DNA of 53,601 nucleotides, filler included, from Porpidia crustulata (lineage: Eukaryota): NCBI GenBank assembly GCA_964255105.1. It is 2 parts of 2 records of this genome, joined end to end, with 100 filler letters (N's around TTAATTAATTAA, not from the genome) between each part and the next. Parts side by side here need not be neighbours in the genome. Positions count along the whole stretch, not along the records: positions 1 to 26,893 come from CAXUWE010000035.1; 1 more part is not named here. One strand, written 5' to 3'. The notes under the pieces were generated by a model. It ran no database searches, was not told where the DNA came from, and was given only the letters and a program-made list of their open reading frames with translations. This document shows positions 1-10,594 of this stretch, piece by piece (positions within the stretch are counted from its first letter, which is position 1; every line of letters begins with the position of its first letter). Both the position numbers and the translations under genes were made by a program.

Positions 1-184
1 AGGGGTACGCTCCTCTGGCGTATATCTAGTACTTTAGTAAGCTGGCGCTAACAGTTTGGTAGAAATTAGATATGACTGTCAGCTTCCTTATCTGTGATTG
101 CTCTCTCTCTTGGCAACATTTCGTCAATGCTAAACCATCTCGAACCCTTTATATAATCTCTTCGCGACTTCTCATTGCCTTGAT

Positions 185-1291
185 TTATATTTGCGCGCTC
201 TCGCGAAGTCTGTTCTTTACATTTGGGTCTCGGATATCCATACCCGAAAGCAGCCCGTGGGTGCTTTTGAAATCAAAGGGACTTAGCGCTCTCCACATAT
301 GTGCGATAGTCTCGGCTGGCAACGGTATCATATTTGGGATCAACCACATGAATGAGTAGGAGGTCAGGCCCGGAGGGCGAGGATGAGGTGTGTGGGCCGA
401 CTGCGTTTGCTTTGATCAGCGTCTCCTGTGATATAATTGCCCCAAAAGTCAGAAATCGCGAGTCACTTACAGGCACTGTCACAAAAGTATCGGCAATGAA
501 TAATTTATCTTCCCAATGTAGCACTGACTACCATCAAAGTGACCTCCAATCTTGATAGCAGTCACGCCTGGCAGAATCACTTGTGTTGCGGAATCAAGGA
601 AGCGGTGATACGGATCCCAACTAAGCGCTGGTTCCAGCCACTTCTTGTCTTCAATTGAAGTGTATACGGGACAACTGAAGGCTCGGGTCCACTCCCATGC
701 CGTTGTGTAGAAGTGGGGGTGAGAGATGACAATGGCAGAGAGACCGCCGAAAGATTTGATCTAAAGGCACTTAGATCGTGTTTGGCTGCACTTTCAGTGC
801 GCAATTGGGAGCAGACGCGCATGCCATCTCAATTGTCACCTCATCGATAAGTGTGATCAAGTCCCAAAGAATATTGCCATTTTCAGTCATACGTAAAAAA
901 GCCCGTTGGCCTATTCCAAACTTCCCGGATTAAGATCTAGTCAAGCTGCTGGTCTTCCGCCGTCGCTAAGGGATGCTCCTCTTACCTTAGGCTCCGTAAT
1001 CACATGTTGTACTCGCTTATCATGATCGTCCTTTTTCCAAACGTTACGGTACTTTCCAGAACATAGGCTTCGGAGACTGGTGAACGTCTGCCCTGAAGGA
1101 GGCACAAACTGACGAGGATCCTGCGAATAGGAAGTAAATACGTTTCCTTCGTTAGCTTGCGCCTGAGCCATTGTCAGCAGGCTCGGATTCCTCACATCAC
1201 ATATTCTGCAGCTTTCAAGATCGGTGCCATTTGCGTCGAGAAATTGAGTGCCGCAAGCAGTGCAAATTGGGCAATCGACGCTCAATGTCAT
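185..1291 (-). pseudogene. Metallo-beta-lactamase-fold hydrolase, apparently disrupted
   Basis: Spliced by eye: MTLSVDCPICTACGTQF..CRICD / DPRQFVPP..TEPK / FGIGQRAFL..NILWDLI / AIVISHPHFYTT..GGHFDGS / VLHWEDKLFIADT / SYSFMWLIPNMIPL. GGHFDGS and VLHWED are one base out of frame (~522-528). A TAA at 185-187 falls in ESAQI*IKAM. Confidence 0.8.
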
Positions 1292-1489
1292 CGCCAGATT
1301 GTTTTGAGCTGCGGCTTTGAGAGTGTAGCAAGGCCGATAATTATCTTCGTAGCTAGATAGGTTAGGTAATACTAGGACTGAGGAGATGTTCTGCTAGCGT
1401 TCGTTAACCGTACGTAGGTGCTCCTCAAAAAGCCAGGGTGATGGCTCGTCGGTCTTGTTGGAGGGGGCATAGACCACCTCGTGACCGCT

Positions 1490-1628
1490 TACTAGTATCT
1501 ACCCCTCAGTCGATCACACTCCTCAATCGAACATGCACCCAGGGTTAGGGCGCTAAAGATTACGAACCCTAACCCTAGGTCTCATGTTCGATTGAGGAGT
1601 GTATTCGACTGAGGGATAAATACGCGTA
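1490..1628. mobile_element. MITE-like fold-back element with TA termini and inward telomere-like motifs
   Basis: Left arm 1490-1550 (tactagtatctacccctcagtcgatcacactcctcaatcgaacatg..agggttaggg) is the near reverse complement of 1567-1628. The loop is 16 nt and both ends are TA. Confidence 0.75.
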
Positions 1629-1862
1629 CTCATAGTTCCTAGGTAGCGTGGGTAGTAGCTCGCTGGATGGAAGCTGCGAGTTTAAACCACTCGGTAATAT
1701 CAATCCAGCTTACCAGGCTTGGGCGTACAAACCTCAGCGTCAGCCTGGTAGAAGGAACTTGATAGTTGTGCTCCGACACCAATCATTGCATTCTCATTAT
1801 ATGTTTTCCATTTCTTGACGAAAAGTTGTTGTCCAGGTGATGGTACTTCGCTGATTACAGGC

Positions 1863-4366
1863 ATGGCTGATCCAGTCTCACTTACTGCTTCCATCTTAGC
1901 CGTTGCGCAAACTGTGTCTCAGATATACATCTTGGGTAAGACTGTCAGAGATGCTAAAAGTGATACTCAGCGTTTGTGTGAGGAGTTACTGGCATTAAAG
2001 GGTATTTTGGAAATGGTCCAAACGCAGGTGAATGACTCAAGCATCGAATCGAATGACGACCTCCCCAGCGCTTTCCGGTCTCAGGAGTTCAAGAATGTGC
2101 TTGATTCCACAAAAAAATTTGTCAACAACATCTTAGAAAGTCTTCCCGAAACCAAAGGTTTCAAGTCTGCGATGCAACGACTAACTTGGCCTTTCACTAA
2201 AGACGAAATGAACCAGCATATTACACGGCTGGAAAGGTTGAAATCGTGGTTCATGTTTGCCATGCTAAATGACACCCTTGGCTATACAAGCAGATCTTAT
2301 GTAGAGGCCTGTAAAATGGCTGAGCAATTTTCGCTAGATAAGGAACAGAGGCAGTCATACAAGCAGGAGAAATTGACTGAGAATATTGCAAGTTGGCTTG
2401 GTCTTGTCGGCCCTGATGCCGCTCATCTGAAAGCCTGTAATGCGCATCAGAAGGGAACGGGGAATTGGTTTCTTCATGGAGATTTCAAATTCTGGAAAGA
2501 TGGAAGGCCGAATACGGTGCTAGGTCTCTCTGGTAAGTCTGGTGCGGGTAAGACAGTCATGATGTCTTCTGCCATAGAAGAGCTCAGTAAGGACGTAGCA
2601 CGAGACGAGTCAATCGGCCTGGCGTATTTCTATTGTGCTTTCAATGATGTTGCATCTCAGGCGCCAGTCAATATACTGGGCTCATTACTAGCCAGTCTAT
2701 CAAGCAAGAAACCAGACATTCTTCTCGATTTTGAAGCAATATTCCGACAGTCTAAACAAAGCAGTTTTCGTGACGGCCCAAAGCTCGAGGACATTGAAGA
2801 GATACTAAAAAGATCTTTCCACGAATTCTCCAAGGTGTATGTGTTAGTTGATGCATTGAATGAGACCAAGAATTGTCATGCCGTTATCAATAGTTTGGCC
2901 CGGCTCTGCGGAAAACCAACTGATAATATTTATATCATGCTTACAAGTATTGATAAAGCTATCGATGAAGATTTGAAAAACTTTCCAGCTGTTATCAGGA
3001 TTCGCATGGGAAACCGTGAAATTATGAGGGACATTGAGGCCTTTGTAGAAGCAAGTCTACAGAATGTGTCTAATCTACGTCTTTTGAAGCCTTCAATCAG
3101 AGCTGAGATTCGCACCACATTAATTGATGGATCGCACGGCATGTGAGTGTCTACCGAGTAACATTCACTCTTCGTGTGCTGCGGCGTCTAGTTTAATATA
3201 GAGTCTGGGCTAATTGTTCATCAGGTTTCGATGGGTCCAATGTCAGGTCGACTGGCTGAGTATCCAAAGAACAGCCAATGATGTTCGGGCAGCTCTCAAA
3301 CAACTTCCGCAAACCATCGAAGGGACATATAGTGCGATGTTGAGCCGCATACCAGAGATTGACAGAGTGATAGCCCGAGAAGCTCTTGTATGGCTTAGTT
3401 ATGCTACTATGCCTTTGACTCTGGACGAGCTTTGCGAAGTTGTCGTGCTGAGAGATGGTTGTAGTGACCTCGATGAAGATGACAGGCTTCAGGATCTATT
3501 TCTCCTTCCGGACACATGTCAGGGGCTCATCACATATAACGCAACTACTAAATACGTTACATTGGCCCACTTCTCGGTCAAAGAATACTTGACTTCACCA
3601 CGACGGAAAAATGACAACCCGTTCTTTTTCATCGATCGTGAAACCGCGCATACTAGACTGGGAAGTAAATGTCTAACGTATTTAAGCTTTGTAGCATTCA
3701 AATCCGGACCATGCGATAGCGAGACCTTAGAAGAACGATTCGACGACTGGCCTCTACTTGAGTACGCGACCCGAAGCTGGGGGACTCATGTAAATCAACT
3801 TGGCGACAGAATTGATCAAAATGTTCAGAGGCAAATTCATGACTTTTTTGCCACTTCAAGATTGCCAAATGGTGGCAACTATGCTGCATGGATCAAAGCA
3901 CGCTATCCTGCAACGTATGTATGTGAAATTTCTCATTCGATCCTTATAAGACCCAACAAAATCGTGGAATCAGTCCGGAACATCACGTTCTACATTCCTA
4001 CCGCAAAGCAGCACCCTTAACTAAAGCCGCTCGCAGACAGTCAACCATTTACAGACGGAACCGCCCTATTACGCCTGCTCGCTTGGCCTCACTTTCATCG
4101 TTCGTGCAATGCTTGCAATTGATCCCCATCTTGACATCAATCTGCGCGGTGGTCGAGCCCATGCTCCTATAGTACAATCAGCAGCTTATTATGGCCACTA
4201 CGAGACGACCCAATTATTATTGGAGGCGGGTGCGGATCCAAATGCCACCAATGATATGATGCAAACCACACTCTTTTGGGCAAAAGTGCGTGGTTACGAA
4301 CATATTGTGGAATTACTCTTAGAATACCACGCTATATGCCACCCAGACCTTTCACCTTATAGTTAG
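1863..4366 (+). CDS. Fungal NLR-like STAND protein: helical N-terminal domain, NACHT, short ankyrin C-terminus
   Basis: N-terminus MADPVSLTASILAV..RLTWPF, GTGNWFL, P-loop GKSGAGKT, AYFYC, Walker B VYVLVDALNE, GMFRWVQCQ, HFSVKEYL, ankyrin LLLEAGADPNA. GT-AG introns at 3143-3224 and 3919-4036. Confidence 0.9.
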
Positions 4367-4937
4367 AAATTGCGGATGGTCTTGGTAAATTAGCAGCATG
4401 CTTTGAACCCATGGTCACACCGGCTTCGCAGACTACTGCACAGGAAAAGGCTTTCGGGGCCACTGGAACTTGCAAGCGAATCGCGACATGACGTCCAGTA
4501 CTGACGGTCCACTCATTGTTGATATGACCCGGATTTTACCGATTCCAGACATATCAATCAAGCTCATTTGCGACTCTGTGGTAAGCTCCTACTCCTGTTA
4601 GTAATCTTGTCAAAGCAGCGCCCAGCTGAAGGTTTTTGAAGACCCATCACATATATAAGATCAGGTATTGGGCCAGAAAAATGTCAAATTCAGCGCTGAA
4701 AGCTCAAAGATCAAAACATCGGAACCTTTCGATCAGGCTGAAGAGGTTGATGACTTGTGAAAGCGGTCTCAACATGATCATAATTCAAAGATGTAAGGGA
4801 ATTGCTCATAAACAGACATCTACGAATCGTTTCATCATGTCATGCAATAAGATTCACAGTTTATAAAATGATGTCAATCTACGTCATGCATGATCTCGAA
4901 TTGGTACAATATTCGAATTCGAGAGCAACTCTTCACA

Positions 4938-5811
4938 ATGGGTCCTTCTGGTCTTGCAATTCTTATAGGCGCCGGCCCGACAACTATAAGATCCTCCCGT
5001 CTGCTTGTAATCTGCCAACTGAAATTCTGGCCTATGCCCAGGGCGCTGGCATAGCACGTATTCTGGCCAACCCCTCGCACGGTAACTTGGCCGTTGCCCT
5101 GCTTGCACGCAACCCTGACAACCTTTCCTCTCTCGCAAGCTCCCTTCGCCAATCCGCTCCCGATGCCACTATTGAAACCTTTCCCACTGACACCTCCCCC
5201 ACCTCCCTTTCCCAAGTATTTTCGGCCATTGGTGCGCACAATTCTTTGAAAGATCTAAAATTGAAGGTGGCGGTCTTCAGCGTCAAACACTCCTCTAAAA
5301 AGCCTTTCCTCGAGGAAACTCACACGGATTTCACGGAGAGTCTGAATAGCTATGTCGGTGGAGCCATGGCATTTGCTCAAGAAACTCTTAAATTACTTTT
5401 CGCGCATCATGGCTCTACCGCCCTTGCCGATGGCGGTGTAAATCAAGGTACGCTTATATTTACGGGCACACTCGGCGCTTTGCGTACAAACGCGCACTTT
5501 GCAGCGTACGGAGCTGGACGGAGTGGAGTGAGGATGCTTGCGCAGAGCTTGGCCAAGGAGTATAGCGCGCAAGGAGTACATTTGGTACATACAATTGCTA
5601 ATGGGGCAATCGAAGATGAGGATGGGGAAGCGCAGAAGACGGGAAAGACGATGAGTGCAGAAGCAGTGGGGAAGACGTATCTGTGGTTGAGTGAGCAGGG
5701 TCCAGAATTATGGACTCATGAGCTAGGTGTGCCTGATAATCTGGTGAAGTTGATATGTGGTGATACTGACGCGTGTGTACAGACATGAGACCAGCACAAG
5801 AGAAGTTTTGA
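4938..5811 (+). CDS. Short-chain dehydrogenase/reductase; first intron donor is non-canonical, so possibly inactivated
   Basis: MGPSGLAILIGAGPTT/GAGIARILAN Rossmann start, GTLIFTG, FAAYGAGRSGVRMLAQSLAKE, final exon ELDMRPAQEKF*. Intron 4986-5041 begins ATAAGA. Confidence 0.8.
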
Positions 5812-6096
5812 AACTGTAAACGCAACTCCAAACGAGGGTAATTTGAGACTTCCACGATGAGACATCAAGGAAGGATGTAGGTGATCAAAGGGAAGATGCT
5901 GCTATGATTGTATATAGAAGAGCTCCGTGGAAGGATGTTTTCCAAATGGTCTTCCGATCATCCCCGATCATTGCTTCTGATCACACGCCAGTGCTTTCTT
6001 TCTTGGCCCGAAGTGAAGGAAGAGTCAAACCTCCCGGAGGAGGGGTTTTCTATAGAGTAGTAGGAAGCTGCATTTCGAACCATCGAACCCCTTAGC

Positions 6097-6783
6097 CTAG
6101 CTTTCATCAGCGCAAACTTTTAGTTTCGAAATACTGAAGCCGTAATTTTCGATCAAGTTATGCTCTAAAGACTGGACTCGTTGATCATATAGCCTTTCGA
6201 GAAGCCTTTGCTTGTTTCCTTCAATCGCCACCGCTCGCAAAGTGAACCCTCCAAAGACGGTTGAAGATCCAGAGTCTCAACAGTACATGTAAATGTTTCG
6301 AGCTGAGGAAACCAAAAAAGAAGGAATTTCGGTCCATGTCTTGTATGCAACTTTTGCCCTTTTCTTCTCTTTGTTCAGCTTCAGATGCATTCATTTGGTG
6401 TCAGTGGCAATACTGTCGTTATCTATCGATTGCTCACTGCAGAGCTTAAGAGACGCTATCCTATTGAGACGTTCTCGCCTCTCCCATCCTCAGCGTCTTC
6501 TCTTCTTGTCTTCTTTGTTTCTGCGTCTTTTTCTGCAATTATATTGCTATAGAACGAAATGAAAGGAGAAAGTTGGGGGGCGGAGATAATCAACAGGAAG
6601 GCTTGACGATATGTCTGTTTTGTAGCATTTGAAGGAGCGCTTTAGGAGCATGGAGAAATTCTCAATATTATTTTGAAGGGAAATGTAACTGTGCTGGCAA
6701 CTTGCCCCTGGTCTCGTGTTCCTTTTTCTCTCATATCCCTCCACCCCGTGCGACAGGATAGCGCCAAAAGATGCGATACACAC
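6097..6783 (-). pseudogene. Possible decayed ORF of unknown function
   Basis: One minus-strand frame runs about 229 codons with only four internal stops (TAG, TGA, TGA, TGA) and includes a basic stretch RKRRRNKEDKKRRR. No family recognised. Confidence 0.3.
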
Positions 6784-7479
6784 TCATTGAGTATCTCCAT
6801 CGCGCTAGACAGATCACTTTCTTCGTCTGTCCTGGATGTCAGTCCGCAGAAAGCGTTCACAGGATCAAAGCTGATATTCTCTCGAATCCTTGGGAGTTAT
6901 GAGGATTTATGCATTGAAATACGGACTGCAGACTTCGGAGCCGAGCTGTGATCCGGTTGACCTTGAGCTCTTCGGAGAAGCAAAGGCGAGAAGGACTTCG
7001 GTCTTTGGCTCGAGCTCCTCCGGATACTCTATCTATGACCGGGGAGGCCGGCATATCAACTTTGGACGAATGCAAGGCACAAATATTCGAGCAACTCGTC
7101 CGTTCTTTGCTTGTTTTGGTTTCCCATCTCGGGCGTGTGGGGACAAGAGGGATAGACTTCTCCAACGGAAGACTAAAAATCGAACTCGAAGGATGGAATC
7201 CCTAGATATTCGCCTGATGCTTTAGCTACACGGACGACATCTGATTTAGCGAAGGAGATATCCAGGGAGTGTGTATAATGCTTGAAGCCAGGATGAGTCC
7301 AATTCACATTGCAAGCTCTTTCCTGACACTCAAAGAACAATGCTCCTGAATGTGAAAGTTTCATTAACCCAAGGGTTTATTGTCAATGTAAAGGGATAAG
7401 ATCATACAAAAGGCGTGACCACACGCTTGAAGGTTCCCCTTTCCATCTCGCCCAATCCATCCTCCATTCCCAAGTCTCC

Positions 7480-10020
7480 TCACTCAACCATCCATCGATC
7501 GTCCTCCTCCGCAACATCGTAATCCACATCTGCGCCTGGCCCCTTATCCACACTATTGTCCCCATTCGCACTCGCCCCTACCATCCCCGTATCGTCGTCG
7601 TCTATTTTGTGAGCCTTGACTACAGCAGCGAACGGGGTGTTGATCCATTCAAAATCTAGCTTGCCGACGGCGGGGATGTCCTTGGAACCGTACATAAATT
7701 TCTCAGCCGTGAAGCGATCTTTGAACGTGATGACTTGGGTGGTTTCTAGGCGGTCGGAATGAGGGGTAATGGATTCATATTCGCCAATGCCCTTTGCGTT
7801 TACACTGGTCAGCTATTATCCTTGTGCTAGTATGTCAAATACTCCGAGGGATGGGTGAGCACGTACCAGCAAATACTGTTTCAGCCCCTCGTCTTTCTCC
7901 GCAGTGAATTCTATCCCACTGACCCCGACCTTCTTCGGTCGATTGTCTAGATTGTAAGCTCCTCCTCTGCCTCGAAATCCCCCTCGACCTCTGGGACTTC
8001 CGCGAAATGAGGATCCTCCGGTGAATGCCTCCCAGCCCCTATATGAGCCTCGACCACTCCCCCTCCCTCGTCCACGTGGTGAATACGAATCATCCGACAA
8101 CGCAGTGTCAAGCCCTATCCTCTTTGCCTCGGCTTCTAGGCCGGCGAGTGTTGCCCTCAAGATCTTAGTTTGATCGCTCACTTTATCGTCATTTGTGCCA
8201 TTCGTATTTTTTGAGCCATTGGCATTGTGGCCATTTGTCATGGGCTCAGGGGCATCAGCGCTCATGTCCTCTGCCTTTCCTTTCGCTGCTAATCTTTCTA
8301 AGAGCCTTTTCTTTTCTTCATTTTGTCTTTGGGCTAGCTCCTCTTTCTGCTTTTCTAGCGCTTGCTTCTTTGCTTCGGTGTCTTTCAACAGAGCTCTTTT
8401 ATTTTCTAGCCTTTTTTGTGCAGCTAGGGCGTCACGCTCGAATTTCTCCTTATCGAATGCCAGATCGTCTTCTCTCACTTTTGTCGGGGAGACTGCAGAG
8501 ATACTGCCATTCTTGGCTATAGATTGCACACTGTCAGGTTTATACCAATATACCTTGACAAACCGGTTTTCAAATATAACCTTGGGGCTATCGTAAGCTC
8601 TCCTAGCCTCTGAATAATCACTGTATTGGACCAAGGCTAGGTGTTTGTAGGCTTGCATGGTGATGTTTTGTATATTGCCAAACTCAGAGAAGAAACCATG
8701 CACTGACTGCTCGTCGAATCTCTCTTCTGGTATCTGCTCGACAACGATTGTGGTGATCGACTGATCGTGATTAGGGCCACTGTAGGAGAAGTCGGCGCGA
8801 TTACGGCGTGGAGGTATGTAGCCGCCACGGTCTGTCTTCCCTCTACCAAAGCTACGCCCTTCTCCGCGAGACCTATCAGGTTTGGTATGTCCATTGGAAC
8901 CAGGAGAAGTCTTCTGTATGTCGAGCATTGAATTCTTTGGGTCGTATTCTGTATATGCTTAGCACTTTCACCTACTTCATTGCTCCAGACTTACCGTCTT
9001 GACCAGGAACCACAATATGGTCGGTTCCATGCTCGAAAGGACACATGTTTCCCCTTGCACAGAAGCCTTTGGTATCATAGTCCCTACACCTGGCATTGAT
9101 CTTATTTTTTATTGGCTGATCGGAAACCGAAGAGCGTCGGTTCCCGTATGCAGGAAAAGCGGTTGGCGATGGGACTGAAGGCATCCCAGGTAGCGGCGGA
9201 AGCCCCATTGCTTGCAGAGTCATCATTGCCATCATGGGATCATTTGGGTCAAATGACAGGCCCGAAGGGGGTACGGGCATTGTTGGGAAATCTTGAGGAT
9301 GCTGTAATAATTGGATGCTGGGATTCCCAGACAAATGCGATCCTCCTCTTGGACCTGATCGACCAAATGTACCCCTTCTGTCAGCCCTGCCATTGCCTCT
9401 TCGTACCTGTTTTACATGTTTTTCGCTTCGCCCATAATGTGGATCACTTGCAGTCTCATCTTCCATCCGCTCGTTGTAAGACCTCTTGCGTGACTGAGGT
9501 ATCCCTTCTGGATAAGCATCACTTGCGTCCATGGAAGAATATGCGCTTGCAGGCCCCGAGGGAGCAATGAAACCCGGACTCTCAACAGCTGAAGTCCGTA
9601 TTGAAACATAGCCTGGCTTGTAACATTTTGTATGAATCGCCATGAAGATGGAATTTACAAAATTCGCGGTATCTAAATAACGCGGAATTAATATTTTACC
9701 TTTTATGAAGGAGGCCAACAATGAACAACATAGCAGAGTGACTGACTCGGCTTCAGGAAGTCTTCTAAATTTTCAATGGCGTTGGCTCTCAATTCTGGCT
9801 CGGGCGTGTCTGCGCGTACTAGGGCTAGGACGTAGTCGGCCAACACATCCGAGTCAGCATCGGAGCTGTAAAGATGTCAGCAAAGAAGGCTAACACAGGA
9901 ATATTCGACTGGAAATGCTGCATCTGGAAGTAGCCTGAAGCTGGAAAGCACCTACATGTCTTCGAGCTTCTTCACCACCCATATTTTTAGCTCTGTAGCT
10001 TCCTCCTCTGAAATGATCAT
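7480..10020 (-). CDS. PWI / CCCH zinc finger / RRM RNA-binding protein (RBM26/RBM27, S. pombe Rmn1-like)
   Basis: Exon 1 MIISEEEATELKIWVVKKLEDI, exon 2 SDADSDVLADYVLAL (PWI-like), RCRDYDTKGFCARGNMCPFEHG (CCCH), RRM TIVVEQIP..IFENRFVKVYWY, coiled coil, RGG repeats, LDNRPKKV, acidic tail. Confidence 0.9.
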
Positions 10021-10594
10021 GCTGTAAGATCAGCTGGGGGATGACACGCGAAGGTAATAGCCCGTGATCAGCTTGCAGTGTCGGTCGGAGGCTTGGTACG
10101 TGGATCAAAGGGTTATACGGGGTGAAAGATATATCTCATAGCTCACTAGAAACTTCATAAAATCTTACGAGACCCATAAGGCTGTGTTGTAAAGGAAGAA
10201 CGTTAATCCGGGTGACACGCCTTGTCCCGCTTAGCGCCACGGCGCTTAGGTACGTGGGTACCTACGCTAGTTACGCTAGTCTCGAATTGACTAATATAAC
10301 ACTAAGTAAGATCACTCGCAGATTCCATTTCACAGGGAGAAGCGCATCAGCAAGGCCATCGCAAACACGATGAAAACTTTGTCAATCTATCCGCTTTGTA
10401 AGGATCGCGAACAGGAGTTCGGATCAGAAAAAAGCCAAAAAAAAATCTCGTTACATCTAGCTTGTACATGAGTCTAGTGTACTGTCAGGTCTCATGATTG
10501 ACCCAGAGCTGAAGTCAGCCGCAGCAGCAACATAATACATGCTTCGGCAAAGCCCTCTTTCCGTAGAAGTATGACCGGCGACTAGGGACTTTTC

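Noticed and set aside
1541..1576. True telomere or chromosome-fusion site
   Set aside because: Only about 1.5 repeat units per side, embedded in longer non-telomeric inverted arms.
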